A stretch of DNA of 64,000 bases, taken from a virus. The position numbers were made by a program, and so were the translations under genes. Position 1 is the stretch's first letter. The number at the start of each line of letters is the position of its first letter. Positions 40,159 through 47,959 of the stretch are shown here, piece after piece. The notes below the pieces were generated by a model that saw only the letters and a list, made by a program, of their open reading frames with translations, had not been told where the DNA came from and did not search any database. The stretch covers positions 1 to 64,000 of IMG/VR virus record IMGVR_UViG_3300023174_000001; one strand, given 5' to 3'.

Positions 40159-41256
40159 TCATAAAGATATAGTTTTGTCAATACCCACATATTCGTGTGA
40201 ATAACTCCAGCGATTTGGGTCGATGCTCCATCTCGCTTTTCCGTCTAAGTTTAGGCCGTCTGTGCGACGCTTATGATTTTTAGATGTCGGTTTCCACAGT
40301 GCTGACTGGTCTCTGTACCCGCCAAGGCGTGGATGGCTGGTCTTAGAAAAATATCTTTTGCCGTTGTCTAAATAGTGCTGGGCAACGGCTTCTGAAATTT
40401 TTGGTCCAAAGCCAAACCCTTGAAAATCTGGTAGCACCACAAGACGGTGCTCTCTGTATGCTTCTTTTACTGTTCCAGACGGGTAAGCAAGTGAAGATGC
40501 AAACCCTACTACTGACCCGTTCCAGAGTGCCAAGTAGCAGTGTGCTGACTTGTTGAGCGATTCGGAGAGATAGTGGTGCGGAGCAAAGTGCTTCCAAACT
40601 TCGTTTGAGCAAGGATGGATTTCAAGAACCAAGTCTGGTCGATGAAGATACCTTCCCGAAGCCCACTCGCCTCTGTCAGTGTCAATAATCCAATCTGGTT
40701 CTAGATACTCAAGTACATCTCTATGACAAGTAGCAAGAACTATACCTTTTACATTATTTTTTCTGACATAGCGAGCCATCGCAGTTGAGGCAGCCTTAGC
40801 AACATTGCGGTCAATCACAGAAGTAAACTCGTCAATCAAAGCATTGTTGTGTAGAGAACGAGCCAAGTCAGCACGAAACTGCTGGCCATTTGAAAGTACA
40901 TTGTAAGGTTTTACCCACTCTGGCACCGACATAAGTCCAGCAGCAGAAAGTTTTTCATTAGCGTCTACTGGAGTATTGAAGTGCGAGGCTATTGATTGAT
41001 TTTCTTGCCAAATAAGTTTTTCTTGGATAGTCCCGAATTGGGACAAAAGTTTTGATTTTCCAGTTCCAGATGCCCCAACAATAACCCCGATGCCAAAGTC
41101 TTTAGGTAGGTCTGTAGGTAGCAGATACGGGAAAAACTGCTCTGTTCCATCTGATTTGTAGTCAAAAGGTTTTATCAGTTCTTGAGTAATATCATCTAAA
41201 ACTACCCGTGAAATAAGGGGAGTCTGAGAACGCTCTAAAGGTTTCCAGTCAGTCAT
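40159..41256 (-). CDS. Soluble ABC-type ATPase fused to GNAT acetyltransferase
   Basis: GASGTGKS, LSNGQQFR signature, LIDEF, ATCH H-loop; C-terminal RLVVLPDFQGFGFG acetyl-CoA motif. Confidence 0.85.
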   Translation of the reverse strand: MTDWKPLERSQTPLISRVVLDDITQELIKPFDYKSDGTEQFFPYLLPTDLPKDFGIGVIVGASGTGKSKLLSQFGTIQEKLIWQENQSIASHFNTPVDANEKLSAAGLMSVPEWVKPYNVLSNGQQFRADLARSLHNNALIDEFTSVIDRNVAKAASTAMARYVRKNNVKGIVLATCHRDVLEYLEPDWIIDTDRGEWASGRYLHRPDLVLEIHPCSNEVWKHFAPHHYLSESLNKSAHCYLALWNGSVVGFASSLAYPSGTVKEAYREHRLVVLPDFQGFGFGPKISEAVAQHYLDNGKRYFSKTSHPRLGGYRDQSALWKPTSKNHKRRTDGLNLDGKARWSIDPNRWSYSHEYVGIDKTISL

Positions 41257-41295
41257 AAAGATAGCCTAGCACCCGGCGTGCGACAATTGTTGTAT

Positions 41296-41454
41296 ATGGG
41301 ACAACAAAATAAAGTGCCAGACCCTTACAGGTGTCAAGTATGTAATTCCTTTTTTGTGGTACAAATGCTGGCTCGGTGCTGTGAGATGAAGCACGATGGA
41401 GTTGTCTTTGAGAGACGGCCTGAGCAGGAGCCTAGACCTAAATCAAAGGAATAA
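41296..41454 (+). CDS. 52-aa zinc-finger-like protein (not in ORF track)
   Basis: Manual translation MGQQNKVPDPYRCQVCNSFFVVQMLARCCEMKH...; fills the gap between two minus-strand genes. Confidence 0.6.
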   Translation: MGQQNKVPDPYRCQVCNSFFVVQMLARCCEMKHDGVVFERRPEQEPRPKSKE

Positions 41455-41458
41455 GTTA

Positions 41459-41704
41459 TTACCACTTGCCAAGTGGACACTTGGCTGCTTCTAATTTTGT
41501 CTTGAATTCCATAAAGCATCCGCATTGCTTACACTGGTCTACTACTTTGATAAGTTCTGGACACTCTCTACAGATAGCCATACGACCAGCAGCGTGACTT
41601 TCGTCAATCTTACGGGTCTTAGGGTTTAGCAGGTCTAACGGTGTTACACCGTTCTTTTCCTTGTACTGCTCCCAACGAGATTTTTTAGGCTCAGTGCTCA
41701 CCAT
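41459..41704 (-). CDS. Small Cys-rich protein (DUF6171-like)
   Basis: RMAICRECP...QCKQCGCFM..KT.L..AKCPLGKW. Confidence 0.7.
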   Translation of the reverse strand: MVSTEPKKSRWEQYKEKNGVTPLDLLNPKTRKIDESHAAGRMAICRECPELIKVVDQCKQCGCFMEFKTKLEAAKCPLGKW

Positions 41705-42086
41705 GGAACCTGTCTAAAGTAGTCATATCTGTATCTAATATCACAAACTCATTATTGACAAACAAGGCATTTGGAGACGACACATACATTCCATAAGGAT
41801 AATCTAAAAGGCTAAGTACTTGTGGGTTGCTTAGTAGAATGCTTCCAAAATATTCAGTGGTCTGTAGTTCTTCTAAAACTGTACCTTCTTTTAAAAATCT
41901 AACTGTAATGCCATTGTGTTCTGGGTAGTTAGCGGAGATATCCACTACCTCGTCTGCCTCTTGAAAAATAGTGGCGTGTCCTACATAAAGTGGTAAATCA
42001 TAGACGCACTGGGTATCTATAACCCAGACTAGGGGTACACCATTTACACCTTTGTGTACAAATTCAAGAGAACTATCTGTAAGCAT
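41691..42086 (-). CDS. Hypothetical protein
   Basis: ORF with AGGA RBS in the fibre operon. Confidence 0.6.
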   Translation of the reverse strand: MLTDSSLEFVHKGVNGVPLVWVIDTQCVYDLPLYVGHATIFQEADEVVDISANYPEHNGITVRFLKEGTVLEELQTTEYFGSILLSNPQVLSLLDYPYGMYVSSPNALFVNNEFVILDTDMTTLDRFHGEH

Positions 42087-42095
42087 TTTATTATC

Positions 42096-42566
42096 CTAAC
42101 AGTTGTTTGGGTCAAAACCAGAGCCTGATGATGGAGAACAAGTCGCACCTGCTCCATATGGACCACAGGTGGAGGTTGATGTACAACAGCCGTAGGCAAT
42201 CTGTGCTGAAGTACATCTCCTATTAGTTCCAGTAGTTACCGTCATTGTAGAACTAAGCGTATTAGAACTTTCAGTTGCTCCTCCACCTGGATTGTTTACA
42301 GCAGTAATTGTAAAGGTATAAGTTCCATCAGTTGTTGGAGTTCCGCTAATATTTACATAAGTGTTAGCAAGATAAGTAAATGTCATTCCTGTAGGAATAG
42401 AGCCCGTTGTGACGCTTGCAGATGTAAAGTTAGAAACAACAAAACTGAGAGCGTACCCATATCCAGTGTAATAACTGCCAGTAAAAGTTCCAAAATAAAA
42501 ATTTGGTGTAGGTGCAACACTTACACCTTTTAGGGAACCAATCAGACCAGCAACTACACCAGACAT
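42096..42566 (-). CDS. Ig-like (He_PIG-type) protein with Cys-rich C-terminus
   Basis: GSIPTGMTF...ISGTPT..GTYTFTITA; C-terminal CTS..GCC...C...C...C. Confidence 0.65.
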   Translation of the reverse strand: MSGVVAGLIGSLKGVSVAPTPNFYFGTFTGSYYTGYGYALSFVVSNFTSASVTTGSIPTGMTFTYLANTYVNISGTPTTDGTYTFTITAVNNPGGGATESSNTLSSTMTVTTGTNRRCTSAQIAYGCCTSTSTCGPYGAGATCSPSSGSGFDPNNC

Positions 42567-43852
42567 TATGTTAATCCGTTACCGCTAATAATCCAAGTAG
42601 TGCCAGTTGTCTTTACTGCTGTAGCCATACCGTTGGCAGCAAGAGTTCTAGTTCCAGTAGTTCCAGCACCTGCTAAATACATTGTGTCTGTAGTAATAGC
42701 AATAGATAGTGAAACGGATGGGGCAGTAATAAATGTAAGAGTTGTTCCGATTTCAAAAGCCACATTCGTGTTGGCTGGAATAGTGTGAGTCAACGCTGTA
42801 GTAGTTGTGTAAATATGTTTACCAGCGTGTGTTGCCAGAATTGCGGTGTTGGCGGATACAGAAATTTGAGGTAGGCCAATGTAGCCAGCCGTGCTTGCTG
42901 ATGTAGCAGCGACAGCGTTGGCTGGAGTAATGGTTGGGGTAGTTCCAAATACAAGAACACCCGTACCAGTTTCGTCAGAGATAACACCTGCTAGTTGAGC
43001 AGAGGTAGTTGCTGCGTAGTAAGTGTTGCTCAGAGTTGGTTGAATCCAGAACGGAGCGTTAGTGCTTGAGTTGAAAGCAAGTGTTGAGTTATTTGTGGCT
43101 GTTCTTGCTAAGTAGGTTGTTGTATTTGCTGCTGATTGATATGGCAATGAGCCAGCAGCACCGCCCAAAACATTTGATGTTGAGCCAGATGTGGCGACAT
43201 TTAGGTTTGCTACTTGTGTTGTAGATGTAACTGTAAATGGGGCTGTGCCAGTAGCCACATTTGAGACAAATGACGGTGCTGTAACTGAGCCTGGGAATAA
43301 AGTATTTCCAGAGCCATCAAGAATGGTTGCAGTTCTTGCTAGCGTTGTAAATACGCCAGTATATTGTCTTACATAGATTGGCTCGGTGCCATCGTCTGCG
43401 GTTGCAAGTTCCACAAAACCTGCGTTTGTGGCAGTTCCACCAATACGAATTCTGAATTGGTCGTTGTCTGCCATGTTTCCATAAACAAGGTCAGTGGAGT
43501 TAGTTCCTGTAACAGTATTTATCACATAGCCAGATGTAGCAACATTTAGGTTGGCTACTTGTGTTGTTGAAGATACGGTAAACGGTGCGGTGCCTGTAGC
43601 GATGGTAGATGTAAATGTACCGCTTGTATTTACACCGCTAGTGTTAGAGACAACCAAAGCGTTGGTGATTGTTCCACCGTTAAATACCGCTGCTTGATAG
43701 CCAAGTGAAGCCCATGCGGTTGACCCAGTTCCAATTTTAAACTTTTGAGTGTCAGTTTCAAAGCCAATTTCACCAGCAGCCAAAGTTGGATTAGTGCTAG
43801 TCCAGTTTGCTGCGGTGTCTCTACGAACTTGAAGTTTAGTAGATACAGCCAT
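42566..43852 (-). CDS. Fibre protein with Mtd_N/hyaluronidase-like N-terminal anchor
   Basis: QVRRDTAANWTSTNPTLAAGEIGFETDT.KFKIG; internal GTAPFTV.STTQVANLN repeats; WIISGNGLT end. Confidence 0.8.
   Translation of the reverse strand: MAVSTKLQVRRDTAANWTSTNPTLAAGEIGFETDTQKFKIGTGSTAWASLGYQAAVFNGGTITNALVVSNTSGVNTSGTFTSTIATGTAPFTVSSTTQVANLNVATSGYVINTVTGTNSTDLVYGNMADNDQFRIRIGGTATNAGFVELATADDGTEPIYVRQYTGVFTTLARTATILDGSGNTLFPGSVTAPSFVSNVATGTAPFTVTSTTQVANLNVATSGSTSNVLGGAAGSLPYQSAANTTTYLARTATNNSTLAFNSSTNAPFWIQPTLSNTYYAATTSAQLAGVISDETGTGVLVFGTTPTITPANAVAATSASTAGYIGLPQISVSANTAILATHAGKHIYTTTTALTHTIPANTNVAFEIGTTLTFITAPSVSLSIAITTDTMYLAGAGTTGTRTLAANGMATAVKTTGTTWIISGNGLT
43731..43780. repeat. 50 bp perfect direct repeat, copy 1 (copy 2 at 46033-46082)
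   Basis: CCAATTTTAAACTTTTGAGTGTCAGTTTCAAAGCCAATTTCACCAGCAGC at both sites. Confidence 0.9.
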
Positions 43853-43855
43853 TTA

Positions 43856-44089
43856 CTACCCCTGTTCTGGAGGTAGTGAACTCAGTTCTTGCTGGTAAAC
43901 GCCAATGATGTTAGTAATCTCAGTAATTTTTTGCTCTGCTTCTAAGACTAAATCTCGTCTACCGTTTATTTCAGCACCCTGCTTATTTAAATTATACTGA
44001 TACCCCTCGGAAGCAAGTTGCTCGATACGCTTAATTAGCAGTTGTCTGCGTTCTTCTACTGGCAGTAGAAATGAAAAGTCTAATGTCAT
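43856..44089 (-). CDS. Small coiled-coil protein (possible fibre chaperone)
   Basis: Between two fibre genes; AAGGA RBS. Confidence 0.55.
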   Translation of the reverse strand: MTLDFSFLLPVEERRQLLIKRIEQLASEGYQYNLNKQGAEINGRRDLVLEAEQKITEITNIIGVYQQELSSLPPEQG

Positions 44090-44108
44090 TTTATATCCTT
44101 AGGATTTA

Positions 44109-46172
44109 TTAAGCGGCTCCACCGTCAATTGTAACTGCAAACAGTGTACCAGTGTTAGAGAGAGACATCAGTGTTGTGGTTCCGTCTCCAGCAAATGCTT
44201 GAATTAGGTTAGCAGTTCCAGCAGTAGCGTTTGCTCTTACAGCAAATGCTAATACATCGCTTGACACATTGATGCGTTGGGTGGTTGTGAAAGTTGTGGC
44301 ATAAGCAGCGTTTGTATTTACGGTTACAGCACCTGTAGAACCAGATACGGTAATACCGTTTCCAGCAACAAGGCTAGTTACACCAGATGATGCTGGGGTT
44401 ACCCAAGCGGGTACACCAGAAGTAATTGTAAGTACTTGGCTGTTATTTGCTGTTGAATAGGCCAACTGTGATGTGGTGTTTGCAGTTCCGTTGTAGAAAA
44501 TAACATTTGCCACACCAACAATGTTGGTAGCAAGGTTAGCGGAGGCTGACCTTAGGTTTGTTACTTCGGTTGTGGATGTTACGGTTATAGCATTTGCAGC
44601 AAACACATTGGCTGTAATGCTTCCGTTTGTGTCACGAACTGCAACGGTGTTGGCAGTGGCTGCTGTTGCTGTGTTGTAGCCATCTAGAAGGTCAGCGTTA
44701 AGGTTAGTAACTACTGTTGTAGATGCTACAGACAGAGGTGCTGTACCAGTTGTTTGAGTAGAAATCAACTGACCAGTAACATTTAGGCTGGTTCCAGTAG
44801 CAGCACCAAGTACAGGTGATACAAAGGTCGGGGTATTGTTCAATACAACCGCACCTGTACCTGTTACTGTGGTGAAGTCCGCGAGACGGGCATCCCAGTT
44901 GGCTGCTGTAGTTCCTGCTGTTGCAACACAAGTTAGAAGTACAGAAGTGTTAGCGGGTACTGTAATTACTTGGTTTCCACCAGAAGAGTTGACTGTCAAA
45001 ATTCCAGTGCTTCTATTCATAATATAGAAGGACCATCCAGTTGATAGTGTGCTAGTTACTGGAAGACCGACTGTTTGAGTAGTTGAGCCAGTAAATTGCT
45101 GGAAATAAGTACTTGTGCTGGTAAGAGTTGTGGTAGCGGCAGCGGTGGCAGTTGTTGAGTAACCTGTTAAAGCAGCCATTGTCTGCGTCGGGTTCAACCA
45201 AGCAGGAGCATTTGTTGAAGTGTTGTAGGAAAGAATAGAGTTGTTTACGGTTGCAACGGCAACTTTAGATGTGGTGTTGACGGCAGACTGATAAAGAAGT
45301 TGACCTTCATTTGCTGCTCCACCAGTAACATTGGCAGTAAGCGTTGAGACACCAGTTAGGTTTGCGGTGATTGTTCCAGCAGAGAAGTTTCCAGATGCAT
45401 CGCGGGCAACAATTGTCGAAACTGTGTTGGCATCGGTGATTGACTTACCTAGAACTTGGCTGGCAGAAAGAACGGTTGTACCGTTGATTTCATAAACTTT
45501 TCCAGATGCAAGGTCTATATCTTCTGAAGATGTCCAAGCAGCAGTTGCGTTTACCCAGTTTAAGGTCTTGTCGGTAGAACCCTTTACTGTAAGGCCAGCA
45601 CCGTCAGCGGTGACATTTGTTGCTCCGCCAATGTCCACTGTTGCGGTTGTGCAGGTTACTCCTTGATTAACAGAAACTCTAAATGCTGTTGCATTTGTGA
45701 TTGAAGTAATGGTTCCAGTAGTAAAGGTGCCTGTATTTTGAGTAACGGTCTGCCCAATTATAAGACCAGTGGTGTTGCTAGTAATAATAGTGTTGTTATT
45801 TGCTGTGGTTTCTACTGTTCTACCAAGAATTGCTGCTACAGAACCAAGTTCAATGTTCTTGTCGTCTACTTGAAGAGTAGAAGAGTTAAGTGAGGTAGTT
45901 GTACCGTTTACAGTTAGGTTTCCGCCAACGACAACATCGCCAGAAGTAGTAAGGCTTGTGATGCTGGCAGCACCTGCTAGGAGGGAGGCATCTTGTGAGT
46001 ACTTCAGGTTTCCCCAAAGTGTCCCCGTAACACCAATTTTAAACTTTTGAGTGTCAGTTTCAAAGCCAATTTCACCAGCAGCGAGAACAGGTGTAGCACC
46101 TGCTGCGGTTTGTGCGGTGACCCAGTTGGCAGCGGTATCTCTACGAAGTTGAATTTTAGTTAAAGCAGCCAT
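44109..46172 (-). CDS. Long fibre protein with Mtd_N-like anchor
   Basis: IQLRRDTAANW...AGEIGFETDT; GNLTVNGTTT..VDDKNIELG, NLNADLLDG fibre motifs. Confidence 0.8.
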   Translation of the reverse strand: MAALTKIQLRRDTAANWVTAQTAAGATPVLAAGEIGFETDTQKFKIGVTGTLWGNLKYSQDASLLAGAASITSLTTSGDVVVGGNLTVNGTTTSLNSSTLQVDDKNIELGSVAAILGRTVETTANNNTIITSNTTGLIIGQTVTQNTGTFTTGTITSITNATAFRVSVNQGVTCTTATVDIGGATNVTADGAGLTVKGSTDKTLNWVNATAAWTSSEDIDLASGKVYEINGTTVLSASQVLGKSITDANTVSTIVARDASGNFSAGTITANLTGVSTLTANVTGGAANEGQLLYQSAVNTTSKVAVATVNNSILSYNTSTNAPAWLNPTQTMAALTGYSTTATAAATTTLTSTSTYFQQFTGSTTQTVGLPVTSTLSTGWSFYIMNRSTGILTVNSSGGNQVITVPANTSVLLTCVATAGTTAANWDARLADFTTVTGTGAVVLNNTPTFVSPVLGAATGTSLNVTGQLISTQTTGTAPLSVASTTVVTNLNADLLDGYNTATAATANTVAVRDTNGSITANVFAANAITVTSTTEVTNLRSASANLATNIVGVANVIFYNGTANTTSQLAYSTANNSQVLTITSGVPAWVTPASSGVTSLVAGNGITVSGSTGAVTVNTNAAYATTFTTTQRINVSSDVLAFAVRANATAGTANLIQAFAGDGTTTLMSLSNTGTLFAVTIDGGAA
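46033..46082. repeat. 50 bp perfect direct repeat, copy 2
   Basis: Identical to 43731-43780. Confidence 0.9.
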
Positions 46173-46225
46173 TTTTTTCCTTATTTACTAGAGTATTTCT
46201 ATGGTCAAATCTATATAAAAGTGTA

Positions 46226-46963
46226 TCACGCGGAGCCACCTTCTATTTTGGCTACGCCAAGGGTAGAGGTATCTTCACCCGCTGTTGTCGGGATATTGTC
46301 TACCAAAGTAACCTCTGCTCCAGAGGCTCCCGCTTTGATAGCAATCTTTAGCGTTCCAGCCAAAGTTCCGTCTTTTATGAACTGAACTGCGGTATTTGCA
46401 CCTGGAGATGCCAAAGAAGTCGCTTGTTTATTGAGTACTAAGGAATTACTTGTAATGCTGTTGGCAGTCAAAACACCCGTTTGACTGAATCCAGCAACGA
46501 CGACATTGGCAGTTGAGACAATTTCTAGGACATTTGCTGTCCCGCCAGCACCTTTTACTATTAGAGTTGAGGTATTTGCCGTTCCAGCAACCATCGTTTG
46601 GGTGCCAGTAAATGTTTGTGATGCGGTTAGGTATGGAATTACGGCACTGTCAACAGCCAAAGTCCCCGTTGTTGTGATTGTGCCCCCAGTAAGACCTGTA
46701 CCACCAACAACACTAGACACCACATTGGACCAAGTAGTGTCGTAATTGGTGGCACCTGCCTTAGTCAACACTTGACCTTGGGCACCGCCAATTGGAATTA
46801 CGGTTACGCCCGGGTCGCCTTTAGGTCCTTGTGGCCCGGTCGCACCTTGAGGTCCATAGCCTGTAATTTTTACTATATTAGTTGACTCTTGAACAAGAAC
46901 TTTGTTGGAGTCACGAGGATTTATTTTTACTAAAAGTCTCTCGTCATTTATGTCTACTGACAT
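46226..46963 (-). CDS. Collagen-like short fibre protein
   Basis: GPQGATGPQGPKGDPG, PIGGAQGQVLTK, GTGLTGGTITTTGTL. Confidence 0.75.
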   Translation of the reverse strand: MSVDINDERLLVKINPRDSNKVLVQESTNIVKITGYGPQGATGPQGPKGDPGVTVIPIGGAQGQVLTKAGATNYDTTWSNVVSSVVGGTGLTGGTITTTGTLAVDSAVIPYLTASQTFTGTQTMVAGTANTSTLIVKGAGGTANVLEIVSTANVVVAGFSQTGVLTANSITSNSLVLNKQATSLASPGANTAVQFIKDGTLAGTLKIAIKAGASGAEVTLVDNIPTTAGEDTSTLGVAKIEGGSA

Positions 46964-47331
46964 TATCGAGTCACCTCGGCTGTCACTTTGAAGTTGCCCT
47001 CAAGTAATCTAGTTACTACTCCACCGCCAGACACCAACTCTAGGTCGTAGACATATTGACCTGCGGTTAGGGCCGCTGTGTTAGTGGCAGAGATAAGTAA
47101 ATCTACAGTTCCAGCGGTTCCGCCTAAAGCAATAGTTCCCGTATTACCAGCAGTTGTAGATAAAGTAGCAATTATGGTGTTAGAAGTAACATTTGACCTT
47201 ACTTGCATACGGGCAGTGTAGCCAGTTAGATTGTAGGCATCTCTCGCTGAGTCGGTCCAAGTAAGTTGACGCTGAAAAGTAGCACCTTGCTGGCAGGTGA
47301 TGTTATAGAGTCCAGCGATTCCGTGAGTCAT
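46963..47331 (-). CDS. LtfC/BppU-like fibre-attachment protein
   Basis: QGATF, NLTGYTARMQVR, YVYDLEL..GG.VTRLLEG.F.V.AEVTR. Confidence 0.75.
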   Translation of the reverse strand: MTHGIAGLYNITCQQGATFQRQLTWTDSARDAYNLTGYTARMQVRSNVTSNTIIATLSTTAGNTGTIALGGTAGTVDLLISATNTAALTAGQYVYDLELVSGGGVVTRLLEGNFKVTAEVTR

Positions 47332-47453
47332 AGGAACACCGTTCGGGAGTAAGGATATAGTCCCTATTATTTTACAATAAAACTGTCCTTATGACTTCGG
47401 AGCAAGACCAAAGAGACCAGTTATTAGTTGGCTTTCTTTGGCTTTATTATTGG

Positions 47454-47657
47454 TTAGCGAAGTAAAAGTTTGGCAGTTTCGTCTATGACTTCAGTTGCCG
47501 ATACTTTTATAGCATCTTTATTTTCGGTCCAATGGTGGAGACAAAATAGTAGTTCGCCAGACTCCATAGTGACATGTACATATGCTTGTGCTCCACAAGC
47601 ATCGCAGCGGTCTTCATTTGTTATTACATAGTCGGGTACTTCTATTTTTGTGTCCAT
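47454..47657 (-). CDS. Actinobacterial-type small zinc-finger protein
   Basis: DRCDACGAQAYV...GELLFC.HH. Confidence 0.7.
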   Translation of the reverse strand: MDTKIEVPDYVITNEDRCDACGAQAYVHVTMESGELLFCLHHWTENKDAIKVSATEVIDETAKLLLR

Positions 47658-47683
47658 AAGACAAGTATAGGATAAAATAAACT
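47658..47683. promoter_or_regulatory. Back-to-back divergent leaderless promoters
   Basis: TAAAAT (47673-78) 5 nt before ATG 47684; TATACT on minus strand (47664-69) 6 nt before ATG 47657. Confidence 0.6.
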
Positions 47684-47911
47684 ATGCTTGATTTATTAGA
47701 AAGACCTGACACCCAGAATACCGACACGGATGATTCAGAACACTTTGCACATTATGCCGAAAAAGCAAAGGTTACCGAGGGGTACATTATGGGAACTCCC
47801 GTAATAGCCTTATGTGGCAAGGTTTTCATACCGTTCAGAGACCCCGAAAAACTAAGGATTTGTCCAGATTGTAAAGAAATTTTAGACGCACTATTTGCTC
47901 CGTCAGAGTAA
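47684..47911 (+). CDS. DUF3039-like zinc-binding protein
   Basis: HFAHY..K..VTE...GTPVIALCGKVFIP.RDP....CPDCKEI. Confidence 0.8.
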   Translation: MLDLLERPDTQNTDTDDSEHFAHYAEKAKVTEGYIMGTPVIALCGKVFIPFRDPEKLRICPDCKEILDALFAPSE

Positions 47912-47959
47912 TACTCCTAAATCACCCTTATACTAATATCTCTTCCCAACTACATAAAG

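Noticed and set aside
42566-46172. Diversity-generating retroelement suggested by Mtd_N-like domains and a repeat
   Set aside because: No reverse transcriptase in the window; the repeat is N-terminal and identical, not an adenine-variable TR/VR pair
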